The notes under the pieces are model-generated. The model was not told where the DNA came from and ran no database searches. It saw only the letters and a list, made by a program, of their open reading frames with translations. The translations under genes and the position numbers were made by a program. From an uncultured Fibrobacterota bacterium (GTDB taxonomy: Bacteria > Fibrobacterota > Chitinivibrionia > Chitinivibrionales > FEN-1185), in NCBI GenBank assembly GCA_963753345.1, contig CAVWBU010000027.1, positions 1 to 64,000 on the forward strand: a DNA stretch of 64,000 nucleotides, read 5' to 3'. Of this stretch, positions 56,181 through 64,000 are shown one piece after another (the stretch's first letter is position 1; the number at the start of each line of letters is the position of its first letter).

Positions 56181-57233
56181 CTACCCGATCAGCTTCTGCA
56201 GACCATCGGGGTCGGACGTGCAGCTCAGCGCGTCCTTCATGGAAATAAGTCCCCTGCCGAACAACCGGGCAAGGTCCTGGTTCATGGTCTGCATGCCGAA
56301 CTTCTGTCCGATTTCCAGCATTCCCTGCATCTGATGGACCTTGTCGTCGCGGATCAGCGAGCGGATGGCGTTGTTTGCAACAAGCACTTCACAGGCGAGA
56401 GCGCGTCCGCCCCCGATCTTCGGTACGAGCGTCTGGCTCACGATCCCCTCGATCACCATGGCGAGCTGAGCGCGAATGGTCGATTTCTGGTCCGAGGGAA
56501 AAACATCGATGATGCGGTTGATCGACTTGATGGCGGAGTTCGTGTGGAGCGTGGCGAGCGTGAGATGGCCCGTTTCCGCTATGGAAAGCGCGGCCGAGAT
56601 GGTTTCGAGGTCGCGCATCTCGCCGATAAGCACGACGTCCGGGTCCTGGCGCAGGGCCACGCGGAGCGCGCTGCCGAACGACTCCGTGTCCTGGTGTACT
56701 TCACGCTGGTTGATGATGCATTTTTTGTGCTGATGCACGAATTCGATAGGGTCTTCCACGGTGAGAATGTGACCTTCGAGATCGTTGTTGATCTTGTCTA
56801 CCATCGCCGCAAGCGTCGTGCTCTTACCGCTGCCGGTAGGGCCGGTCACGAGGATTAGACCGTTCGGTTTCTCGGTAAACTTGCCCACCATGCCGGGCAG
56901 GCCGAGTTTCTCCAGAGGCTGGACAAGATAGGGTATCTGACGAAAGGCTCCGGCGGTGCACCCGCGCTGAAGATACACGTTGGCGCGGAATCGCGAGAGG
57001 TTCTGGATGCCGAACGAGAAATCCACTTCCTTTTTCTGTTCGAACGTTTTCTTCTGCTGCTCGTTCATCACGCTGTAGCTGAGTTTGAGTATCTGGTCGG
57101 CATTGAGCTTGTCGGCGCTCATCGGTCTGAGCCTGCCGTCTACGCGGAACAGAGGCGGAGCTCCGGCGGTGAGGTGCAGGTCCGACGCAAAAAGATCAAT
57201 CATCTGCTTGAGCAATTCGGGCATTGTAGGCAT
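56181..57233 (-). CDS. pilT: Type IV pilus retraction ATPase
   Basis: SDLHL, GPTGSGKSTT, EDPIE, LRQDPD, AIRSLIRD. Confidence 0.95.
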   Translation of the reverse strand: MPTMPELLKQMIDLFASDLHLTAGAPPLFRVDGRLRPMSADKLNADQILKLSYSVMNEQQKKTFEQKKEVDFSFGIQNLSRFRANVYLQRGCTAGAFRQIPYLVQPLEKLGLPGMVGKFTEKPNGLILVTGPTGSGKSTTLAAMVDKINNDLEGHILTVEDPIEFVHQHKKCIINQREVHQDTESFGSALRVALRQDPDVVLIGEMRDLETISAALSIAETGHLTLATLHTNSAIKSINRIIDVFPSDQKSTIRAQLAMVIEGIVSQTLVPKIGGGRALACEVLVANNAIRSLIRDDKVHQMQGMLEIGQKFGMQTMNQDLARLFGRGLISMKDALSCTSDPDGLQKLIG

Positions 57234-57405
57234 AGGGTTAAAAACTACTTTCAAGAAGAAGTGAAGAGACCAAAATTGCGCTGTTTGTTGCGCGCTGTAT
57301 TGATTGAAATCAATACGACGGAAATCCGAACACCAAAATAGTACTGTATTGCCGCGGAATTTGCAAGAGATGACGTGATCCGGTTGATGGCGGCACAGCA
57401 TGAGC

Positions 57406-57434
57406 TTGACTTGACGTTACGACCGATTTATTAT
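57406..57434 (+). promoter_or_regulatory. Sigma70-type promoter
   Basis: TTGACT-N17-TATTAT. Confidence 0.6.
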
Positions 57435-57549
57435 TACAACAGGTCGGTGGAGCGGTTTCGCTCGGTCCCGTCCGCGCGGTGAGGCCATAGACGGCTGCAC
57501 GCGACGAAAACCGTTTTCACGGCCGTGCTTTGCAAACTGGAAAGGTGTC

Positions 57550-58062
57550 GTGATTATGATGTCGGTCACGTTTTTCCGCAATGCGTGCATCGCGGTGGTC
57601 CTTGTGCTCCTGAATTCGAATTATGCCATGTCGAAACGTCCTCCGGACGGTGAGCCGCAGGAGCGCAGGATTGTGCTTGCGCTCAACGACAAGGCGGCCG
57701 GCGAAACGTTTCTTGACACGCTCAACAGGGGACGGGAGGCGTGTCTTTCCGACAAAGACTTCAATCCTATCATCCCCGAAACGACAACGGTGTCCGACAA
57801 AAGCGGCGCTGCGGAAGCGCCGAACGGTTTTCGCGTGCAGTGTTTTGCTTCAAGCCAGATTGAGCGCGCCCGTGCGGAGCAGAAGGCGATTGAGTCGAAA
57901 GTCCGTTATCCGGTGTACATCGTTTTCGCCGCGCCGTACTACAAGCTGCTTGTCGGCGATTTTGTAAAGCGGGCTGAGGCCGACGCCGCCGCGGCTAAGA
58001 TGAAGGAACTTGGCTACGCCGATGCCTGGGTGATGCGGACGAAGGTGTGGACAAAGCAGTAG
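57550..58062 (+). CDS. SPOR domain protein
   Basis: Signal peptide; GFRVQ...YYKLLVGDF...GYADAWV. Confidence 0.85.
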   Translation: MIMMSVTFFRNACIAVVLVLLNSNYAMSKRPPDGEPQERRIVLALNDKAAGETFLDTLNRGREACLSDKDFNPIIPETTTVSDKSGAAEAPNGFRVQCFASSQIERARAEQKAIESKVRYPVYIVFAAPYYKLLVGDFVKRAEADAAAAKMKELGYADAWVMRTKVWTKQ

Positions 58063-58121
58063 CCGGCTTCACCGCGGGAACCAAAGGTTGTCGGGTCGCC
58101 GCGTCTGCCGGCGCGAAAGAA

Positions 58122-58661
58122 CTATTCCTTTTTCAAATCGACGGTTATGATGCCCTGGGAAGGGACGCCGGGGGACACCCGCTTGTCCTGCTTGAGCAGG
58201 GAGGGTGACTGGCGTCTGGCAGAATCCGGGGCCTTCTGGGCCGCGGTAACGGCGACGGACGCCGTAGGCTGAGACGCTGAAGGGGTTTTCATCTGGGAAG
58301 CGTAGGTGCCGGACATCCTGGCCTGGAAATACGCAAAGGTGAAATAGCCTCCTGCGCTGAGGCCGAGGGCGAAAATCAGGATAGACAGCGCCGCGCGCTT
58401 GATCCAGGCGACGGAGAAAAGGCCCATCGTCGTCGGGACAGCAGGCCTGCAGCACAGTGATATTATCTTGTGGTCGAGGTCGGGAGAGGTGTCTTCGCAG
58501 AGGAGGGTGAAAAACTTGTTTTTCTCAAGGGAATACTGGGAGAATTCTTCTTTGCAGGGCGGGCAGGCTGCAAGGTGCTTTTGTAACTCGTCTACCTGCG
58601 CCTCGTCCAGTTCCCCTGACGTGAACAACAAGCCTGCTTCCTCACACTTACTGCAATCCAT
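58122..58661 (-). CDS. Zinc-binding anti-sigma factor
   Basis: C...HLAACPPC motif, TM; overlaps the ECF sigma gene. Confidence 0.85.
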   Translation of the reverse strand: MDCSKCEEAGLLFTSGELDEAQVDELQKHLAACPPCKEEFSQYSLEKNKFFTLLCEDTSPDLDHKIISLCCRPAVPTTMGLFSVAWIKRAALSILIFALGLSAGGYFTFAYFQARMSGTYASQMKTPSASQPTASVAVTAAQKAPDSARRQSPSLLKQDKRVSPGVPSQGIITVDLKKE

Positions 58662-59211
58662 GGATACCCCTTTTTTTGAGTTCTTTCCTGATGTTCTTCA
58701 AAGCAAGCCTCATTCTGCCCAAAGCGGTGTTAATGGGGCAGTTCATGATCTGCGCTATATCTTTGAATGGAACATCGCCCAGTTCCCGGAGTAAGAACAC
58801 TTCCCGCTGCATCGGTTCCAGCGTCCGCACCGCCTCATTGATTACGGCGTTGAGCTGTTTGTTCGCCAAACCAAGGTCCGGAATGTCCGGCCCTTTTCCG
58901 AGTGATCGATCGGTGTCGAGAATATGTTCGTATTCTACTTTTACATGCCTGAAGTAATCTATGGTTCGCTTGTGCGCGATGCCGAAAATCCAGCTGAGAA
59001 AGTTGCGTTCCCTGTCGAACTGCTCGGCATTCCGCATTGCTGCAAGAAAAGTGTCCTGCAACAGGTCCTCCGCAATCTCCCTGTCGCCGGTCATTCTCAC
59101 CAGGAAACCGAACACCCGGTTCTTGTATCGCTCGTAGAGCGCGGAGAACCCGGCCGTGTCTCCCTTCATCCATTGGTCGAAAAGAACATGATCATCAAGC
59201 AAACTATTCAT
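58648..59211 (-). CDS. ECF RNA polymerase sigma factor
   Basis: AEDLLQDTF, FLSWIF, IAQIMNCPINTALGR. Confidence 0.93.
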   Translation of the reverse strand: MNSLLDDHVLFDQWMKGDTAGFSALYERYKNRVFGFLVRMTGDREIAEDLLQDTFLAAMRNAEQFDRERNFLSWIFGIAHKRTIDYFRHVKVEYEHILDTDRSLGKGPDIPDLGLANKQLNAVINEAVRTLEPMQREVFLLRELGDVPFKDIAQIMNCPINTALGRMRLALKNIRKELKKRGIHGLQ

Positions 59212-59258
59212 AACTACGTTCGCCTCAAAAAAATTATTGCATTCTTTTTACAGGATTG

Positions 59259-59720
59259 TCACATGAGTCCCAGGTCGGCAAGCGCCCGGGAATAGGCTTC
59301 TTTCTTGAAATCGACGATTCTGTCAAGGACGAAAGCCGGGGGTTTCCACGACCAATCGTCGAATTCCGCCGGTTGATGCCGGAACCCTATCACGCGGTCG
59401 TCGCCAAAAAAATCGACAAGCACCCATTGCTGCGACTGGCCGGCGTAGTCCGGGTGCTTGTGCTTTGTGCCTTTTGGAAATTTGTAGACGTAAGGTCCCG
59501 GCGCGACCTTAACAACCGATACGTCGCTGATGCCGGTTTCCTCTTCGAGTTCGCGTTGCATTTCGGAAACAAGCTCGGCGCCCGGGTGAATCCCGCCCTG
59601 CGGGAGCTGCCATCCGGAATCGGGCGGATAGCCCTTTCTGTGGCACAGAAGAAGAAGGTTTGTCCCGGCCTTGCGGACCGCTATGCACACATTGGGGCGA
59701 AAACCTGCCACGTGAAGCAC
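59259..59720 (-). CDS. rppH: RNA pyrophosphohydrolase (Nudix)
   Basis: FRPNV, WQLPQGGI, RELEEETG, GQSQQW, EFDDW, IVDFKKEAY. Confidence 0.85.
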   Translation of the reverse strand: MLHVAGFRPNVCIAVRKAGTNLLLLCHRKGYPPDSGWQLPQGGIHPGAELVSEMQRELEEETGISDVSVVKVAPGPYVYKFPKGTKHKHPDYAGQSQQWVLVDFFGDDRVIGFRHQPAEFDDWSWKPPAFVLDRIVDFKKEAYSRALADLGLM

Positions 59721-59728
59721 CGCCGCGG

Positions 59729-62700
59729 TCAGCGTTTTTTTGCCTCTTCCTTTATCTCGGCATTGTTCGGGTCAAGCTGCATTGCCTTGTCGAGATTCTG
59801 CTGGTAAAGCGCTGTGTTCTTCTGCTGCTTTGCCAGCCGGGCCAGGCCCAGATATGCCAGCGCGTAGTTCGCGTCCGCGCGGAGCGCCCGCTCGAAGAAC
59901 GTCTTTGCCCACTGGGGCTTGTTCTGCTGCATGTGAACTTCCGCGCGCTCGCACAGCGCCGGGGCATAGTTCGGATTGATATAGGAAATCTCCTTGTACG
60001 TTTCGACCGCGGAATCGAGCTTCTTCTGGCCCCGCTGGGCGCGCGCCAGGATCATGAGGGCTTCTATGTTTTCCGGGTCAGTCGCCTTGATGTCTTCCAC
60101 GGCGTCCTGGGCCTCCTTGAACCTTCCATCGTCGTACAGGCTTTGCGCATAAGACATAAGTGTTTTGTTGTCCCGCTTTATTGCAATGAGGTCTTTCATT
60201 TCCTCTATTGCCTTCTTATTCTGGTCGGTCTTCTTGTACAAATCGACAAGTTGGAGCCGGATGTCGGTGTCCTGCGGTTTCAGGGTTTTTGCCTTGACAA
60301 GAACGTCGACCGCGTCCTTGGGACGGTTGGTCTTGATGTAGCCGATGCCCAGAAGCGTGAGAACGTCCGGGTCTTTGGGCGACAGCGTGTTCGCCATTTC
60401 AAGGTACACCATGGCATCGCTGACCGACCCGCCCTTCATGAGCAGCACCCCGAGCCTCTTGTTCGCGTCGAGGTTCTGCGGGTCGAGCGTAATGAGCTTC
60501 TTGTATGCGTCAAGCTCTCCGCGGTCGTTGCCGAGCTTGTTGTACACCTGCGCCATCTCGATCCACATTGCAGGAATGGTGTCGGCGATCGTGGACGCCT
60601 TCTTGAGCAGCGACGCCGATTTGGCAAGCATGTTCTTGTCTTTTGCGTAGAGGATTCCCAGGCGGAGCATGTTCCGGTAATCGTTCGGGAACATCGCCAC
60701 GTTGTCCTCGTAGATCTTCCTGGCGCGCATCGGGTTCACCTTCTCCTGAAGGAAGCCAGCCTTGTACGCGACGTCGGGGTCCTTGGCGCCGGGCAGCATC
60801 GAGTACGCGGCATACATGTCGACCGCGCTCTGAAGATTGTTGTCCTTTTCGTATGACTCTGCGAGCAGCTTGATGACCTTCTTGATGCCGGGAACGGTCG
60901 GCTTGCGGAGCCGCAGCCCTTCGTAGATTTCCTGCGCTTTCTTGCTGTTGCCGGTAAGGTAATAGCTTTCGCCCGCGGCCATGAGATAGTCGATGTCGTC
61001 GGCGCCCTTTTCCTTGACAAGATCGAAGTACTTCACGGCGTCCTGCGGCTGTTTCTTCTGGTACAGTGCCATGCCCACGCCTTTTGCGACGTCCTGGTCG
61101 GTGGGGACTTTCTCAAGGTACTTCTTATACACCGTTATCGCCTGGTCGTTCCTGCCTTCCTTGAGATACAGGTCGCCAAGCTCCTTGTACTCAGCTTCGA
61201 CCTTGGGGTTCATCATGATCACCTGTTCGAAGGTGACGATTGCGCCGTTGCGGTCGCCGGTCTTTGCCTGGCACTCCGCGAGAGAGGAGAGAACGTCCAC
61301 GTTCTGGGGGTCCATCTGCATGGCCTTCTGGTACATCTCGAGCGCCTTGGCGAACTGCCCGCTCTTCTGGTAGATCATGCCGAGCGTAGTGTAGGTGTTA
61401 ACGTCGGCCTCGCCGGACCTGATGGCGCCGGAAAGAACCCGGATCACCTCTTCCTGCTGGCCCTTTGCGATAACAAGTTCGGCATACCGTTTGTAGAATC
61501 CCTTGATGGACGGATCGAGCTTGATTGCCGCTCGGTATGCGGCAAGCGCGCCGTCGCGGTCTTTCAAATCGTACAAGAGGTCTCCCAGGTTGCGCTGGGC
61601 CGCCGCGTCGGAAGGATTGATCGCCAGGTATCTCTTGAGGTACACGCTCGCGCCGCCCTTGTCTCCGCTTTTGAGGCACAGGTCGTACAGGTTCTTGAGT
61701 ACGTTGACATTCTGCGGGGCGAGCGCCGAAAGCTCTTTGTACAGATCAAAGGCCTGCTTGAGATCCTGCTGGTCAAGCGCGTATTTCGCGAGCCTGAGGC
61801 GCGACTCGACATTGGTCCTGTCCATGTCGATGATCTTTTTGTCGGCGGCCGAGAGCTTCGCCTGATCGCCGAGCTGGTCGTAGCAGACGGCAAGCTCCTT
61901 CCAGTATTCCAGTTCCTGGGGCTTCTTGTCGACAAGGTACTCGAGCTGATCTTTTGCAGACGCGTAGTGCTTGCCCTGGAAATATGCTTTGCTGAGAATA
62001 ATCCTGGATTCCATGAGCGAGGGATCGATCTTTACCGCCGATTCGGCCGCGTCGCGGGCCTTGTCCCACTGGCCGATCGAGGAAGCGGCGATGGCGATTC
62101 CCTCAGCCGATTTTGCGCTGTGGTCGATGAGGAAACATTTTTCGAAGTAGCCGACCGCCTCGGCGTACTTTTTTTCCTTCAGGTTGTACGTTCCGAGCGT
62201 CATGTAGACTTTGGGATCGTTCGGATTGAGCGAAATCATTTTTTCGTAGGTTGATTTTGCCTTTTCCTTCATGCCGTTCTTCTCATACAAGTCGGCGAGA
62301 CGGGCGGTGGCCTCGATGTTGTTCGGATTCTGCGAAAGCGCCTTTTCGAGACTCTGAATGGCTTTGGCGCCGTTACCCGATCCTTGGTACGCATCAGCAA
62401 GGAGAAAGTTGATGTTTTCAACGATCTTTCCCTGCGGATCGGCATTGGCAATGAACTGGAATTGCACCAGGGCAGCCTCCCAGTTTTTCTTTTCAAGATT
62501 GGCGCTGCCCACCTTGAAACGGGAGGTGATTGCTTCAGGGGAAGTCGATGCGCCGAATTTTTCAACCGCCATCTGATACGCCTTAAGGGCGTTTTCGGCA
62601 TTCTGGTTTTTTTCGTTGGACACGGCGCGGGCATACTGGTCCATTGCGGTCATTTCCGGACGGCCGCCTATCCTTTCGTACTCTCCGGCCGCCGCAAGGA

Positions 62701-63421
62701 ACTTTTCCTTTTTGTAATAGCACCGCGCAAGGGCGAGGCCGGCGTCGGTGAGGCCCGGGTTTTTCGCGGTGGCCTCCTTGAGGTAGTTGATGGCGTCGTC
62801 GACGCGGTTCACTTCAAGGCACACTTTTCCCAGCTTGAAGGCGAGGTCCGCGTCCGGCTGCGTGGCGTACGATCTCTGGAGAAGCGGCAATGCGTTTGCA
62901 TACTGCTTGTCGTTAAAGTAAATGTTCCCCAGTTCGCGGTTGGCGATTGCGTTCGAGGAATCGGCCTGGATCACCTTTTCAAGCGCCTTCTTCGCCTCGG
63001 GCGCCTTGTTGAGCTTGATGCACGCGCGGGCGTATTCCCAGCTCGCCTCGGCCGTGAAATTGACGTCGAGTGCCTTCTGCGCCATCGACAAGGCATTGTC
63101 CGCCTGGTCAAGCTTGTTATAGATTCGGGCCGCACCGAGCAGCGATTCGTAGTCTTTCGGGTTGAGGCGCCACGATACGAGGTAGCACGCGAGGCCCTTC
63201 TCGGTGAGGCCGAGGGCCTCGTTGGCCTTGCCGAGCTTTACCCATATATCCGCGGTCCTTGTCGGCGCGGGGATCTTGTCGTCCGCGTAGTCCAGCGCCG
63301 CCTTGTAGTTCTTATCGTTCATCATCTTGTCAAATGCGTCATCGGCAAAAGAGCGCGCGGTAAGAACGAAGGCGACAGAAAGTCCGGCCATGAAGCTCAC
63401 GATTCCAAACCGATTGAACAT
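59729..63421 (-). CDS. Very large exported TPR-repeat protein (about 1230 aa)
   Basis: Signal peptide then continuous TPR repeats; AAAGGAG RBS. Confidence 0.92.
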   Translation of the reverse strand: MFNRFGIVSFMAGLSVAFVLTARSFADDAFDKMMNDKNYKAALDYADDKIPAPTRTADIWVKLGKANEALGLTEKGLACYLVSWRLNPKDYESLLGAARIYNKLDQADNALSMAQKALDVNFTAEASWEYARACIKLNKAPEAKKALEKVIQADSSNAIANRELGNIYFNDKQYANALPLLQRSYATQPDADLAFKLGKVCLEVNRVDDAINYLKEATAKNPGLTDAGLALARCYYKKEKFLAAAGEYERIGGRPEMTAMDQYARAVSNEKNQNAENALKAYQMAVEKFGASTSPEAITSRFKVGSANLEKKNWEAALVQFQFIANADPQGKIVENINFLLADAYQGSGNGAKAIQSLEKALSQNPNNIEATARLADLYEKNGMKEKAKSTYEKMISLNPNDPKVYMTLGTYNLKEKKYAEAVGYFEKCFLIDHSAKSAEGIAIAASSIGQWDKARDAAESAVKIDPSLMESRIILSKAYFQGKHYASAKDQLEYLVDKKPQELEYWKELAVCYDQLGDQAKLSAADKKIIDMDRTNVESRLRLAKYALDQQDLKQAFDLYKELSALAPQNVNVLKNLYDLCLKSGDKGGASVYLKRYLAINPSDAAAQRNLGDLLYDLKDRDGALAAYRAAIKLDPSIKGFYKRYAELVIAKGQQEEVIRVLSGAIRSGEADVNTYTTLGMIYQKSGQFAKALEMYQKAMQMDPQNVDVLSSLAECQAKTGDRNGAIVTFEQVIMMNPKVEAEYKELGDLYLKEGRNDQAITVYKKYLEKVPTDQDVAKGVGMALYQKKQPQDAVKYFDLVKEKGADDIDYLMAAGESYYLTGNSKKAQEIYEGLRLRKPTVPGIKKVIKLLAESYEKDNNLQSAVDMYAAYSMLPGAKDPDVAYKAGFLQEKVNPMRARKIYEDNVAMFPNDYRNMLRLGILYAKDKNMLAKSASLLKKASTIADTIPAMWIEMAQVYNKLGNDRGELDAYKKLITLDPQNLDANKRLGVLLMKGGSVSDAMVYLEMANTLSPKDPDVLTLLGIGYIKTNRPKDAVDVLVKAKTLKPQDTDIRLQLVDLYKKTDQNKKAIEEMKDLIAIKRDNKTLMSYAQSLYDDGRFKEAQDAVEDIKATDPENIEALMILARAQRGQKKLDSAVETYKEISYINPNYAPALCERAEVHMQQNKPQWAKTFFERALRADANYALAYLGLARLAKQQKNTALYQQNLDKAMQLDPNNAEIKEEAKKR

Positions 63422-63581
63422 ACCGTACGCTCCTTTCAGCGAAGCCAATGGGGAAGTGCGGGCGATTTCATGTTCTGTTCCAGAAGGAATTTAACAGCAG
63501 ATAAATATATATGAACGAAAATGTCCGTGGGTATAGCAAATCAGCCGTTTCAGGCTCATGCCCGCACGATCCAGCGACGCT

Positions 63582-64000
63582 TTAGTGCGGGTGCCGGCGG
63601 GCACGCCGGCGCGGTTTGGTCCGAAACGATTTCGGCCTGCGGACCAGGCTGCAGAAAAGCTTCCAGTCCCACAGCGGACCGGGATCGGATTTGACGTTGT
63701 TTCGCAGGCCCAGCCCCACGGCAGTTTCTCCTGCGATGTGCTCGTGGCCCACATAGGTAAAGGCCCTGCCGTGACGCCGCTCGATGTCGCGGCACAACCG
63801 CGCGCACGATGCGTATTGCCTCTTTGTGAAGCCGGAATCCGGCGTCGCGACAAGCTCGATACCGATCGAAAAAGTGTTCGCCATTTTTCGCCCGTCCGGC
63901 AAGGGCATGATGCTTCCGCCCGCGTGCCACGCCTTCTTGTCTTCCGGCACAAGCTGCAGGACGCGCCCCGTTCTTTCCACGAGGTAATGGCTGCTCACTC
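63582..64000 (-). CDS. N-acetylmuramoyl-L-alanine amidase (AmpD-like), 5' end outside the window
   Basis: SSHYLV, AWHAG, SIGIEL, GHEHI, DPGP. Confidence 0.88.
   Translation of the reverse strand, partial: VSSHYLVERTGRVLQLVPEDKKAWHAGGSIMPLPDGRKMANTFSIGIELVATPDSGFTKRQYASCARLCRDIERRHGRAFTYVGHEHIAGETAVGLGLRNNVKSDPGPLWDWKLFCSLVRRPKSFRTKPRRRARRHPH

Noticed and set aside
57442-57524. SRP (4.5S) RNA
   Set aside because: Lacks the GNRA loop and AGCAG motif of domain IV; kept only as an unnamed candidate.

Overview
Bacterial, mostly GC-rich chromosomal window. Three secreted proteins with T9SS-like C-terminal tails suggest an FCB-group host, possibly Fibrobacterota/Chitinivibrionia; this is inference only. 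Housekeeping content: tRNA-Leu(TAA), uvrB, fmt-rsmB, a complete F1Fo ATP synthase operon, dapL, glgB, proS, hldD, ispF, metA-cysE, thiSGH, pilT-pilC, an ECF sigma/anti-sigma pair, rppH, a giant TPR protein and an amidase fragment. Points that stand out: (1) a minimal T6SS-type tssK-tssL-tssM cassette with no tube, sheath or spike genes, divergent from a PEGA protein and a Ser/Thr kinase-TPR gene, with a frameshift in tssL; (2) a multi-copy structured element (about 165-190 bp core, about 420 bp full length) with covarying GNA-triloop mini-hairpins; (3) an orphan MotA with altered channel residues, divergent from a membrane PilZ protein and upstream of the atp operon; (4) a Cache-like sensor fused to a 24-residue-periodic coiled coil; (5) a 162-bp MITE with a TTA duplication that disrupts a secreted-protein gene; and several other repeat families. 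All calls come from motif recognition; no searches were run.
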